A DNA stretch of 64,000 nucleotides from Eledone cirrhosa (Eukaryota): assembly GCA_964016885.1 (NCBI GenBank), contig OZ024746.1, positions 70,122,001-70,186,000 on the forward strand, read 5' to 3'. This document shows positions 40,250 to 53,162 of this stretch, piece after piece. Below the pieces are notes generated by a model, which was not told the origin of the DNA, did not search any database, and saw only the letters and a list, made by a program, of their open reading frames with translations. Numbering within the stretch: position 1 is the first letter of the stretch; every line of letters begins with the position of its first letter. Position numbers and translations under genes: made by a program.

Positions 40250-41690
40250 TACGTTATACATGTGGAAAAGGAAAAAGCGGAGAGGTATGAGGTACTTACA
40301 AAACCATAGTGCCGTGAGGCGGGTCGAGATGGGGGCGGGGGTAGGGTGGGACGGAGGTGGAGGGGATATTTTGTCGAGTGGAGTTTTTTTAAAAAGGAAG
40401 TTTTTTTAGCCATCTGGCATCAACACTGGCTTAAGATATTTGAAAGTTGCAAAGTTTTTGTCCATGCAATTCGGGCAGTGTTCAGATAGTATGTTCAGTA
40501 TCGGGCCCTTGGCAAATAGTATTTCGTAGCTCTCTGAAATACAAAGGTCGCAGCACTTGAGTCCTCCCTTGTATGGCGCGCTTTCTGGAATATTTTCCAT
40601 TTAAGCGTGAAAGGGGTGGAGTTCCTCTTGAGGACCCAGACATAGGAGGCTATTGTTGTCTGATTTGATTTGTCCGGTTTTCTGAAAGAGTGGGTATGGG
40701 CATACCACCGGGTCTTAAAATTGTTGGAAGTCATGCCGATGTAAGTCTTTTTGTTGTGCCTGAAATGTCATCACATTTGTATACGATGTCATTTGTCTGG
40801 CATTTGTTTTCAAGTGGGCAGGCCTCCTTATTTTGGCAGTTGCACAAAGCTCCCGTCCGGGGATTGGGTTCGGAGGTAGGAGGCTTATTTAATTTTGTAG
40901 TGTTGAGATTGGCTATATTCCTAGCTAGGTTAGGTGTAGTGAAGTAGGAGTGTCTTATTGTATTCTTATTAAAGATAGTGAAGTACCTATATTGTGTGGG
41001 GAAGTGTATGTTCAGCAATTTGAAGAAAGTCCTAACTATAGCTATAGGTGTAGAAACCCCTCTATTGAAAGGAGGGAGGGTTATACCAACTAATCTGCCT
41101 ATGCCTATTTCTCCTAGGTAGTCTTGAGGTGGTTACTAGATAAGTGATCTTTTATTTAAATCCGCTGCGGGCGAGGGCGTCGTTGTAGTAAGGGGCAGAG
41201 GCGCTAAGCATATCTTCATTGGCCGAGAGGCCGGAGATTCTGATTGAAACGCTTTTAACTAAGTTATCTGTGATGTTTTGGGGGTGGTTAGAATTAACAT
41301 TATGAGGGACTCGTTAGGTTTGTGGTACGGGTAATAGAGGGAAGTATCTAAGTCGAGAGTGACATCTAAAAAGTTGGCCATAGTCATATTAGATTCTATG
41401 GTTATTCTAAATCCTAGATTACGGAAGAACGAGCTTAAGTTTCTCCGAAACCCATCAGTTGTTCTGGGGTTAACTTTGTGCAAAGCGAAAAGGCCGTCAT
41501 CTCGGTATAATCCTCCGGTTAGGCCCGTGAAGAGGTTCTTCGGGTGGTGTAAGATGTACAGGCCCACGAGGTCGCAAAAGGGGTCTCAGACTTCTTGTTG
41601 ATCCAGTAAGATTCCTCATAGTGTAGGAAGGTCTTACGGGCGTGGAGGATCACATCCTGCTCAGCGTCGGTTATGGTGCTAAAATTCCTT
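40250..41690 (-). mobile_element. Third PLE: decayed RT-thumb-GIY-YIG
   Basis: GGLYRDDG, NFLDVTLDL, YHKPN (41259-41567); CNCQNKEACPLENKC..IVYKC (40731-41018); FKTRWYAH...YVWVLK, CCDLCISE. Confidence 0.88.
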
Positions 41691-41754
41691 TTATACTTTG
41701 CTATGTATTGAGTACCTTACTTACTGTGGTTACCTCCGATTGAACCCGGATTAA

Positions 41755-41867
<113 letters not shown>

Positions 41868-42635
41868 TAAATGGAAACTATCTTTATAAAACCATATTTA
41901 TTTTATTATATATATTTCAAGGGTACCAACATTTTTTGGTACGCTCTCATCAGATAAAATACAAAAGTTGTTTTATAGATAGTGATATATTCAAAAACAA
42001 GAACTTATCGTTTTAAGTTCTGTTTCCTTATATATATATATATATATATATAAAAGAAATGTTAACTATAAAAAATAACACAAGAGAACAATTCAATACA
42101 ATAATGATATATTGGTTTAACGCTTGCTATAGAACGAAAAGAATTGCAACGTTTTGGATCTTAGTATGTCATCGGAAAATAGATTTCAGAGAAAGGAGAG
42201 AGGATATTTGAGAGAGAGAAGAAATGGGAAGATAGACAAAAGTAAGAAAAGAAATAAACGAAGAAATGGTTAGGTAGGAGAGAAAGCATGTGTTGTAGTT
42301 GGTCAGCCATTTTGTGGACACTTTAGAACGAGGCTTATGTGTTGAAGAATTACCGGAAGGGAGGTAAGCATCAATTATATATAAAATAGTCGTTTTTGAA
42401 GCCTCAACAATGCCGATGGGTAAAAATCCGGGTAACAGAATCGGGTGGTAATGAGAGAGAGAGATGTAAGAGGAAGCGTAGAAAGAGACGTAGAGAGCGT
42501 AAAAAATAATAACATGAGATAGAGTTACCTTCGAAGTGATTTAATAGTCCCTATATTTCGGATTTCGCAACCAACCGAGGGGAAAAAGTTATGTCGGAGA
42601 GGGACAACACGTGGCCTCCGCTGTTTACCGTGTGC

Positions 42636-42701
<66 letters not shown>

Positions 42702-42859
42702 TTCTTTAGCTTTCTATTATTTCAAGCGTGAAACTAATATATTAAGTTATTTTATCATGTCCTTTAATAGATCTACCAATTCATCCCCTACCTGGACTAA
42801 AATTAAGAAACACTGCTCAATTATTCAAAATATGATCAATGGGAGATCTGATCAAATTA

Positions 42860-43120
42860 TTGGCTCCTTTCTTCTGTCAGGTGTTACGACCATCAAATAA
42901 TAGCAGCAATGGATAGACCAAAGGAAACATTGTTTCCTTGTTCCTATTTAACGACCGATTCCTTTCTCCTGCCAACATTTATTACTACCAAATAGTACCA
43001 GCTATTGAAAGACCAATGGAAACATTATTTTCTTGTTCCGATCTAATGACTGGCTCCTTTCTTCTGCCAACATTTATGATTACGACCACCAAATAGTATC
43101 AGCTATGGTTCGATCTGAAG
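42860..43120. repeat. About 100-bp diverged tandem repeat (2-3 units)
   Basis: Recurring TCCTTTCT.CTG...ACGACCA.CAAATAG.A.CAGC.AT.GA.AGACCAA.GGAAACATTG; related single copy at about 15088-15190. Confidence 0.6.
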
Positions 43121-43639
43121 ATCAGTTTCTTTACTTTTTATTGCTCTTCTCACTCCTCATTCGTAGTGTCTTCTTCGTAACTGACTGAAAAACCAAAGTC
43201 ATTATTCATATGCAAGCAGCCTCAACTAAACAATTTCATGGGACTGAACTGTGTACATTTGCCACAAATGTAAAACAAACGAATCCAAAGATAAAAATCT
43301 TCGGCGACGTGACGGTGTTAGTAAAAGAAAACAACATGGAATAACAGCTACTGTTTTTTATAATCAGTTCATACCTCAGATCTTTCCACTCGTTTAAAAT
43401 AAAGAGAAAAAAAATAAAACATATTAGGTGTAAAGAGAAAATCCAGTTGATAAGATGCAATCTTGGTTATATAGAGAATGGTGGTGGTGGTGGTGGTGGT
43501 GGTGGAGTTGGTGATGGTGGTATTGGTGAAGGTACAATTGGTAGTAGTGATAGTGACAATGGAGGCGTTTCTTCAGAGATTCTAGTGATTTTTAAAAAAA
43601 TACGAATATTGATGATTTAAGCCACGTAATGTACACACG

Positions 43640-43728
<89 letters not shown>

Positions 43729-44317
43729 TCTTTTGGCTGTAGTTTTTGATGGATCAGATTAAGTTTACCAAGTCCCCCAGCGTGAGACGGGGGTCTTTTT
43801 CTTTTGCATATCAAATGTTTCCGTTCATTGACAGTGAGCTAAGCTGGTAGGAAATTCTCAACTTATATGTAGGTGAAACCTGTGTCTGCCGCTCAAAAAA
43901 TGTGCGATGGGCTATTACTTTTTTTTATTTTTGCTGCAGTTGGTCTTGTTGTTATTTAGCCCTAGGTCAGTCCTGATAGTACACATCTATGACTAAATAA
44001 TATGAATAGGCTATTCTCACTTATATAAAATTTGGTCTTATTGTTTAACCCCAGGTCAGTCCTGATTGAGCACATATCTGACCATATAATGCCTATAGGC
44101 TATTGGTTAGTTGGTCTTGATATTGTTTAGTCTCAGTTCACTTCTGATTGTGCAGATCTATTCAAAAGTATATATAACATAAATTCACATCTGTACACGA
44201 AGAGCACAAGGTTTAACTGAAGTTGCGAGATATGTATACTTCAATATATATATATATATATATATATAAAATAAAGTTAAATAAAAGTCAAATGATTAAA
44301 ATTTAGCTTCGTTTATT

Positions 44318-44372
44318 ACTGCTATATATATTTCAGTGACAGCCATCTTTGGCTGTGACCTCTTCAGGCAGT
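44318..44372 (-). ncRNA. Type I hammerhead ribozyme (family H)
   Basis: Reverse complement ACTGC-CTGAAGA-GGTCACAGCC-aaagat-GGCTGTCACT-GAAA-T-atat-A-TA-GCAGT: 5-bp stem I, 9/10-bp stem II, AUA site; about 50 bp from a (TA)n tract. Confidence 0.85.
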
Positions 44373-44491
44373 TTGAATTAGTATGGTATAGACAAGTACA
44401 TATGTTGTTTAGGTGTATGATATTGTCAATACTCTGATATGCCCAGTTCCTTGTTGGGTTGTTAATTCACTGGGGAACTGGAGTCATATCC

Positions 44492-44578
<87 letters not shown>

Positions 44579-44705
44579 CATATATATATATGTGTGTGCG
44601 TGTGTATGTATATATACATGTATATATATATGTGTGTGTATATATATATATGTATATATATATAATATACACATATATATATATACATATATATATATGT
44701 ATATA

Positions 44706-44786
<81 letters not shown>

Positions 44787-45179
44787 TGTTATACTTGGGG
44801 AGGGTCATATTGTTGTAATAATATTGCCATAATTAATAACAGAACACACTCACTGTTTGGTTGGTTTTCGCTTCTGAATCTTTTATATCTCCATAGTAAA
44901 TTCATTTGGCCATCAATGTTTATCACTGACTGACCAACGGTCAAAAATACAGATATAAATATATATATATCCAAAATTAAATTAAGGGTTGTCATGTCTG
45001 AGAGACATGCGCCATATCCACTGCAGAATAAGTGCTGGGGTTATATATTTATAGGTTCTGGTCAGAGGTTTTCCCGGGTAGGACATTTACGGATATGCCC
45101 CATTCTGGATAAGATCAATCAGTGATATCGTGAGATAAATGAACTACGCTTTTCCCCTCTTTACAACAGTGTATATGAA

Positions 45180-45400
45180 ATAATTGTTTCTAGTATAGGC
45201 ACAAGGCCAGTAATTTGGGGGAGGGGAAGTCGATTAAATCGACCCCAGTACATTACTGGTGCTTTATTTTATCGACCCCGTAAGGATAAAAAGCAAAGTT
45301 AACCTCGGCGGCATTTGAACTCAGACGGTAAAGGGCCGTAGCTCTATGCTGCAAAGCATGGTGTCCGACTTTCTACCGATACTACCAATCCACCGCCCTG
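45180..45400 (-). mobile_element. SINE S1
   Basis: Reverse complement of the S1 consensus; GTGTATATG.AATAAT is duplicated at the flanks. Confidence 0.88.
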
Positions 45401-45729
45401 CTCGTGTATATGGAATAATGCAAACGTTTCTATATATGTAAACATGTCTTATTTATATATTCTCTGTAGAACAGAGGTATTAATTGGTCATGCTGTTTAT
45501 GTTTAACCCTTCAGCATCTAAACCGACCGTATCAGGCCAGAATTCTCTCATCTCTTTCTGTTCAAACCGGTCATTGCCGGCTGCTCCTACTTACGTTAAG
45601 GTATTGTTCTCAAAATATATAATATCAAAATCTCGTAGATTCGATACATACATACATGAAGATTGAAGCGTCTTCACAGACGCTAACCGTCTCTTGTTGA
45701 TTCTTCGTTATCATCCCATACATACATAC

Positions 45730-46250
45730 ATGATGGCTGCCCCTTCGTTATCGAGTATGGCCATTGCACGATATACCATTATTAATAATTATTAATTAAT
45801 TATATCGTGCAATGCCTGTGCGTGAAGATATGTTTTGAAAGTGAGGAAAGACTGTGCACTGAGACAATCCCACTCTCTGAGCCACAGTAGCTATAACCCG
45901 AAAAGAAGAAAAGATCAACATCATCGGTAACTACTGAGCCGCAGGTTTTATATCGGAGTTATCCCAGTTTCATGAGTTGCCTTCTAGAAGAATGCTCTGA
46001 CAAAGGCTAGGGGTCCTTCGCTCCCAGTGGTTTAACCGCGCGGTACATGTGTATATACATATTTACACAATTTCGGATGGCCGTTGAATTTTATGAGTTC
46101 TTCCGCCCTTTGTCAGGTTTTGTGTTTTGTCCTGCAGGGTATCCAAAATAACCCTCCTCACCAAGTAAACTTGGTGGGGTTGCCGGTTTAGTCCCCGACG
46201 ACAGGTTGTACTGGGTTACATGTTGCCAGTAGCACTCAAGAGTGACCCGA
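45730..46250 (-). mobile_element. RTE-like 5'-UTR-derived repeat bounded by (CATA)n
   Basis: Reverse complement matches 3948-4310. Confidence 0.55.
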
Positions 46251-47912
46251 CATACATACATACATACATACATACATACATACATACATACATACATACA
46301 TACATACATACATACATACATACATACATTTTGGCAAATCAACGCCTGTTTATATGCCTTAGCAATGACAGTGAAGCATTATCTTGGTGATGGCAGAGAT
46401 ATTAACAAGAACAAAACACCACCAAAAATACCATCATATATAACTAAAATAGAAAAAAAGATTGCTGACCTACGAAAAAACATAGGATATGTGACTATGC
46501 TCCTTACATGCAAACAAACACAAAAAAACCTCACTCCTCACCAACAAAGAGTGAAAAATAAAATAGAGACGATGTTTGGTAACAGTAGAACCAGAACTCT
46601 CCAATATAAGCTGATCCCCTTCAAACAAGAATTGAGAGCTGTTAGCGAAAAACGCCGATACCTGAAGAAGGTAGATGAGAGAAAAGTGCTTAATAAAAGA
46701 TTCAGACGAAACCAAACATCAGTCTATAGAGATATGATGGGCAAAATAATAAGTGTCACTGAGGCCCCATCCCAGAAAGACATAGATTCCTTTTGGAGCA
46801 AAATATGGGGTGAAAAGAAGAATTTCAACCAAGATGCAGTGTGGCTAAGAGAAATTCGAAAGAACTATTGCTCCTACACTACAACAAAAACATACGAAAT
46901 AAGTGAGGGTACCCTTGAGACTGTGATAGGAAAACTCCAAGATAAGAAAACACCAGGAAGAGACATGATTGTCGGCTACTGGTACAAAAAACTGATATTC
47001 TATCGGAGGTATCTTACTGACCTCTACCAACAAGTTCTTAAGGGAGATACACTTATACCAGAATAGTTGACATTAGCACAAACGTTACTGGTCCCCAAGA
47101 ACAAAGACCCACTTGGCAAAAAACTACCGACCCATTGCATGCCAGAACTTGATGTATAAGATGTATACAGCCTGCCTGAACCTATTCCTCCAAGATCACT
47201 ATGAAAATAACATCATCACAGATGAACAAGCAGCTGGAAAGAAGGGGGTTTGGGGATGTGCTGAACGACTCCTAATCAACAAAACTGCGATGTCGGAGGT
47301 GCGACAACTTAGGAGGAATATGACTACAGTCTGGCTGGACTACAGGAAAGATTTTGATTCTGTTTCTCTCTCTTGGATGATAGAGGCCCTCCAACTTGCT
47401 AAAGCCCCAGACATTATTGTCAGAGTCATAGAGAGGCTGTCTTCTTCTTGGGCTACTATCCTAAGGTTAAAGACAGAGAGGGAGGACTCTATTTTCACTG
47501 ATAAAATAAAATATTGCAGGGGTATATTTCAGGGGGACAGTCTCTCTGTGATATTATTCATCTTGTCATTAAGCCCCTTGTCCTTTCTGCTCAAGAAATG
47601 TGAGGGATACATCATTGGCTCACAGGAGGACAGAAATACGAACCTAACCCATAATTTCTTTGTGGACGATCTGAAACTCTATGCCAAGAACATGGATGGG
47701 ATGAAGAAAAATCTTGACCTGGTTACAACGTTCTCAAAGGATATAGGAATGAAGTTTGGCCAAGATAAATACTCATACATGACTGTAAAGCGGGGAAAAA
47801 CAACATAGTCATCAATACAACATAGTCATCAATGGCCTAACTGTTTCACCGATATCTGATGAGGACTGCTACAGATACCTGGGGATAGATGAGAACATAT
47901 CCTATAATGTTA

Positions 47913-49147
47913 TCATAATCTATAAAGCTCAGTGTGTGGTCATGCTCCTTTCTTATAGAAATCTACGATATAGAATTTCTTCAATTGAAATTTACAATTC
48001 AGTATTCGAAATAGCTTCGATTGCGTCTTGACACAGATATTTTTTTCAATTTCACCCACAATTACGCAAAAAATAGATAAAACTCAATATTTTACGATTT
48101 TTCTCTGTCATTTAAACTGCTAAACTCTTTCCACTACCATTCAAAATCTATACAACTTCATACTTTCTGCTACTTTCTCTTTCCAAGCTTGATGGTGATA
48201 CTATCCGTTTTACTCTCTCATATCATCTGCTTCTTATTACATTTCATACGAAACGACAATTATTCAAAAGCAACAGATACATTTATTCAACAACAAGCGA
48301 TAAATCTTTTTTAAAACCTCTTTTCCAAACGCATACAAACACACACTCACTTCAACAACAACAACAACAATCTGCCTTTTATAGCTAATGATAAACAATA
48401 ATATCCTCTATGAAGTCACTAAACCTGCTAGAAACAGCAGTTACTTCTCCCCCATACCACACCGCTCCCTAATGTCTTAAATTTAGAAAACATATCTTCT
48501 ATGAGGTCACTAAACCTGCTAGAAACAGCAGCTAACTCTCCCCCATATCACACCACTCCCTACTGTCTTAAATTTAGAAAACACATATCCTCTATGAGGT
48601 TACTAAACCTGCTAGAAACAGCAGCTAACTCTCCCCATATCACACCCCTCCCTACTGTCTTAAATTTAGAAAACATATCTTCTATGAGGTCACTAAACCT
48701 GCTAGAAACAGCAGCTAACTCTCCCCCATATCACACCACTCCCTACTGTCTTAAATTTAGAAAACACATATCCTCTATGAGGTCACTAAACCTGCTAGAA
48801 ACAACAGCTAACTCTCCCTCATATCACAACCCTCCCTACTGTCTTAAATTTAGAAAACACACAGACAACCATGCAGAACAACTCCATCGCAGCTCTGTTG
48901 TTCGGCTGGCATCGTCTACGCGCGTGTTGCGCAAGTACTGTGAAACAATAAATTTCAACACTTTTTTGCACAGAGATAATATCCATAGGCGAAACTGCAA
49001 TTGTCACTGCTGGCGCAGCTCCTGCTTCCGGGGCTGCAATTCATTCACCCAGTGCCTGGCAGACAAAAAAGTGCTGCCATAAAATGGGTGGTGCAACCTA
49101 ACTTTGGTAACTTAATGACCCCGAGCAACGCCGGGCTTTAATGCTAG
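47913..49147 (+). mobile_element. Non-autonomous Helitron inserted in the LINE
   Basis: Starts TC after an A; ends with hairpin CCCGAGCAACGCCGGG (49120-49135) and CTAG before a T; no TSD. Removing it restores the LINE frame ENISYNVICNKERV. Confidence 0.85.
48400..48862. repeat. About 90-bp tandem repeat x5 inside the Helitron
   Basis: Unit ATATCCTCTATGAGGTCACTAAACCTGCTAGAAACAGCAGCTAACTCTCCCCCATATCACACCACTCCCTACTGTCTTAAATTTAGAAAAC. Confidence 0.9.
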
Positions 49148-50706
49148 TCTGTAATAAAGAACGCGTAACCAAGGAATACTACACCCGATTAAGAAAGACC
49201 TGGTCATCGGAACTCTCTGCACAAAACAAAACAGTGGCTCACAATGTGTTTGCTGTGCCTGTCCTAACACCAACGTTTGGAATACTAAATTGGACGATAG
49301 ACGAAATCCGAGCAGTTGATGTTGGAACTCGAAAAATACTGAACAACACCGGAAACTTCCACATCAACAGTGACATAGACCGCCTTTACTTGAAACGTAA
49401 GCAGGGAGGCAAAGGCCTAACATCAGTCCAGACAACATTTGAATGTCGCATCATATCTCTCCGACAACATCTACGAACCTCGAAGCGTAGGAGCCCATTT
49501 CTCGAGCAAGTCTATCTGCATGAAACAGATAAGATCATGAGAGTTGGGAAGGAACTCCTCGAGAGTTATTCCCTGTGTGATAATCAAAAACTCACACCCA
49601 GGGAAGTCGCCTAGCAGTATCGCAGTGAATCCATGGATGAAAAACTGCATGCCTATCAGTAAAAAAATCATGCATGGATATGTTGCCAGGAAGCTCCAGA
49701 GTGAGAGTAATATAGATAAGGAAAGTAGTCTATCTTGGACCAACAACCGCTATATTGGCTCCCACTTTGAAGGATACGCTTTTGCAATCCAGGAACAGGA
49801 GATTAGCACGAAATAATTGATTCACAAAAGAGATAGGATGCACGCAAAATACCTAGATGTGATAACAAGTGCAGACTCTGCAGAACTAACATCGAGTATA
49901 TCACCCATGTCATCAGCAGCTGTCCAAAGATGTCATCGCGGTACTATCTACCTATGAGGCATGATGTAGTGGCCAAAACACTGTACAATGCAGTTCGTAA
50001 AAAAGATAGCCCCGATAAGAAACACATTAAAAGCAATGTGGAAGACATCCATGTACATAATATGAAAGAGTACTGGTGGAATGTTCCAGTAAAAACCCCA
50101 ATAAAATGCAGGCATAACAGACCAGATATTATGATATGGGACAGGGAGAAGAAAGCATGCACATTAGTGGAAATTAGCTACCCAGCAGATGCCAATATAA
50201 TATCAAAGATTAGTGAAAAGGAGAACATTTATGCAGAACTGATGAGAAATCTGCAGATACTCCATCCTGATTACACCTTCAGATTTATGCCTGTGATTAT
50301 TGAGGCACTGGGATATGTTAGTAACTGCCTCAATACAAATCTTGAGAAGCTAGACTTCACAGGAACAGAAAGAACACAACTTGTTAGGAAATCACAAGTA
50401 CAATCCATTAATGGAACACTAAAAATATGTAAGACATTCCAAAAATTTTGCATCTAATAACTGTATATACACATATACAGATGCAAAGCATATACACATG
50501 CACACATACAACTCAAAACATACACATCCACACATACAATAACATCCATATCTACACACGCATGCATACATACATACCTACCTAGTTGATGTTGTGTAAA
50601 TTCCAATGAGAGAGTCTTGTGTCTATGTTAGAAACCGACTCTCTCTTTATTGGTAAAACTTTGTGAAATTATAAAACCAGAAGAACATACATACATACAT
50701 ACATAC

Positions 50707-50850
50707 TGACAGTTAGTGGTTAACAGGTCATCGTAGTTGCCTAAATGGTGCCTGGTTGCTGGGGGAATTCTTTCGCTGCTTATGTGTTGAGTGTAGGACA
50801 TGCCTATGATTTTTCTGTAACATCTCATACCGGCTATCAATACACCTCTA
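50707..50850 (-). mobile_element. RTE-like LINE fragment
   Basis: MRCYRKIIGMSYTQHISSE resembles the post-RT region of RTE elements. Confidence 0.55.
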
Positions 50851-50892
50851 CCCACCCGCCACGTAACTCCTCCGTCGGGTATATAAATATAT

Positions 50893-51078
50893 CAGATCTA
50901 CCAAACTCTAAATAACCCAAACCAGGAAAAAAAGTGCTCCAGTAAGGGGAGAAATAAGGCAAAATGGGGAGATTTTACATAATGAAAGCTATACCCATTT
51001 TCACAAGAGAAGAGATCTCTCGCCTACGCCAAAGTGGGTGGGAGATCTCCCCGTCGGTCAGGTAGAGTTGACAGGTCT
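50893..51078. mobile_element. MITE, second copy
   Basis: Aligns with 9726-9919. Confidence 0.65.
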
Positions 51079-51949
51079 AATATATAGAGGTGTTGTTAAA
51101 CCGGGCAAATGAGAATGGAAATATGTCTCAGACTTTAATTTAGTGTTCACTTATCATCAACCATATAACACGGCAGCACAACACATTAAACAGAAAATAT
51201 ATCAAGTAAAATATTACAAGTTAAAATCTAACAAAGTATAACTCTTGCTGTAGCAAAACATAACCCTTGCTCTGCTATGGATGATGATGATGATCATCAT
51301 CATCATCATCCATAGCAGAAAGAACAACAACAACTCTTACCACAGCGATAGTTATCTGTTGATCATGCTTCTTTAGAGAAAAGAAAACAATATTAGAGAG
51401 TAAAAATAATATAAATAATGATAAAAAGGAAATAATAATTATCTAAATAACAATTATACTGGGTAAAAATACTGAAAAAGAAATATTAATTAATTTTGCT
51501 AAATTAATTCTATTTTTTCAGAATTTTCCATTATCATCATCATCATCAATATCATTATCATTATTATTATGATTATTATTATTATTATTATTATCATTAT
51601 TATTATATCACTATTACGTTAGCTCTAAAGAGAAAAAGTGTTTTCACAAGTTTTTTATATTTATGATTTTTACAAAAATATTTTGTTCCCCGTGTGAAAC
51701 TATCATGTTATTTAACCTTGTGTCAGCCCTGGTCGAGTAGGCTTATGATTGAAGGTCGCCCAGCCGTATCCACCCCTATTTATAGATATATCCATGGCTA
51801 CAATGTACAATGTGTCCTTTTAAGATGGTGGTGTGGTTTGAAGAACATTTGGGTGCTATTTCTAGCTGGTTGAGCGACAACGTAGAAGCTTCTTAAGTGG
51901 CCCAATCAGTGTAAAGTTGTGTGATTAGGTTATCGGCTATTTATTTTTA

Positions 51950-52230
51950 TTTGCTAGGTTTAGAGGAAGGGGCAGTGCCCATAACCTTCACAGGTCTCCT
52001 GAGACTGGTGCTATTGAAGCTGCTAGCGTTCTACTTCTAGAAAAGATATGGGCATGAATAGAATTTCAGATGAACGATGTCAGGGCAGGAAGGACTGAGC
52101 GTAGTTGCCGTGCAGGGCCTGGGGTATTGGGAAGAATAGGGTTAATGAAAAGAAAAGAGATGAGTAATAATTTTCTGGCTCTGAAGAGAAGACCGTCTCT
52201 GTGATGCGGTTCTAGCTACGCTGAGTTATT
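51950..52230 (-). mobile_element. CR1-like LINE 3' remnant
   Basis: End GCTAGGT.T.GAGGAAGGGGCAGTGCCCA is shared with 56545-56575. Confidence 0.45.
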
Positions 52231-52969
52231 CTTATTTTTATTTTGTTATTGTTTGTCGTGGAGTTTTTGTAATTAGAGGAATGTCCCTCGTATTATAAAT
52301 GTATTTCTATACAATGTGTTTACATGTTCAAACTCTGTGTCGTCTGTTGCATATATTTATTGTTAATATATATACCGGTTATACGGTGTCTGTAGTCTGC
52401 GGTAACTGGTATTGTTTATCAAAAAGTTATTAGTTGTTCGTTTAGTTCTTTTGTCTTTGGTTTTCTTTTTGCTGTGTGTATTTGAAATAATTATTTATTT
52501 AAATTTCTAAAAATATATAAAAATTCTAGTTAAAATTTGAAACTGTTTCATTATACACAAGTGACTGTTAGAAGTATACCTTTAGAAAAATATTTCCTTC
52601 GTCAAGTATATTTTAGCAAAATACGTCCATACACAACAACACACAATAATAATCATGATTTCTTACGTAGGCGCTAAGCTAGGGATTTGGGGATGACTTT
52701 ATTTACAAAGTAGGGATGTGCATAAAACGGGAATTATAATACATTTGTGAATGATACATAAGTGCTTTAATACATGTATTAGAAAATGGCAGAATTTTTA
52801 GAATCGAATACAATGCCTTGTGATATTTGTTCCAACCTTTGCCTTCTGAGTTCAAATTTAACCGAAGCTAACTTTGCTTATTTTTCTGGGGTCGATAAAA
52901 TAATGTAACAGCCATCTACTGGGATCGATATAATTGAAATGGTTATGACTGTTATTATTTAATGTGAAG

Positions 52970-53162
52970 GGGCGGTGGATTGGCAGTATTGGTAGAGGGT
53001 CGGACGCCATGCTTTGATGTATAGAGTTACGGCCCTTGCCATTCTGAGTTCAAATCCCGCCAAGGTTAACTTTGCCTTTCATCCTTACGGGGTCGATAAA
53101 ATAAAGTACCAGTGATGCACTGGGTAATTGATGGCCTTGTGCCTAACGTAGAAACAATTATT
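52970..53162 (+). mobile_element. SINE S1 with TSD, flanked by older relatives (about 52785-52930 and 53178-53335)
   Basis: ATTATTTAATGTGAAG duplicated at the flanks. Confidence 0.9.

Larger units (their letters stand above)
46329..50690 (+). mobile_element. R4/Dong-like non-LTR retrotransposon (RT + CCHC + RLE), 5'-truncated pseudogene copy in (CATA)n
   Basis: KTPGRD, NYRPIAC, WLDYRK.FDSV, GIFQGDSLS, FFVDDLKLY, RLYLKRKQGGKGL, AIQEQ, CRLC..H...C, RHD, RPDI..VEIS..K; stops and frameshifts present. Confidence 0.92.

Noticed and set aside
48501-49082. 193-aa ORF with repeated MRSLNLLETAANSP
   Set aside because: Read-through of the 90-bp tandem repeat inside the Helitron.
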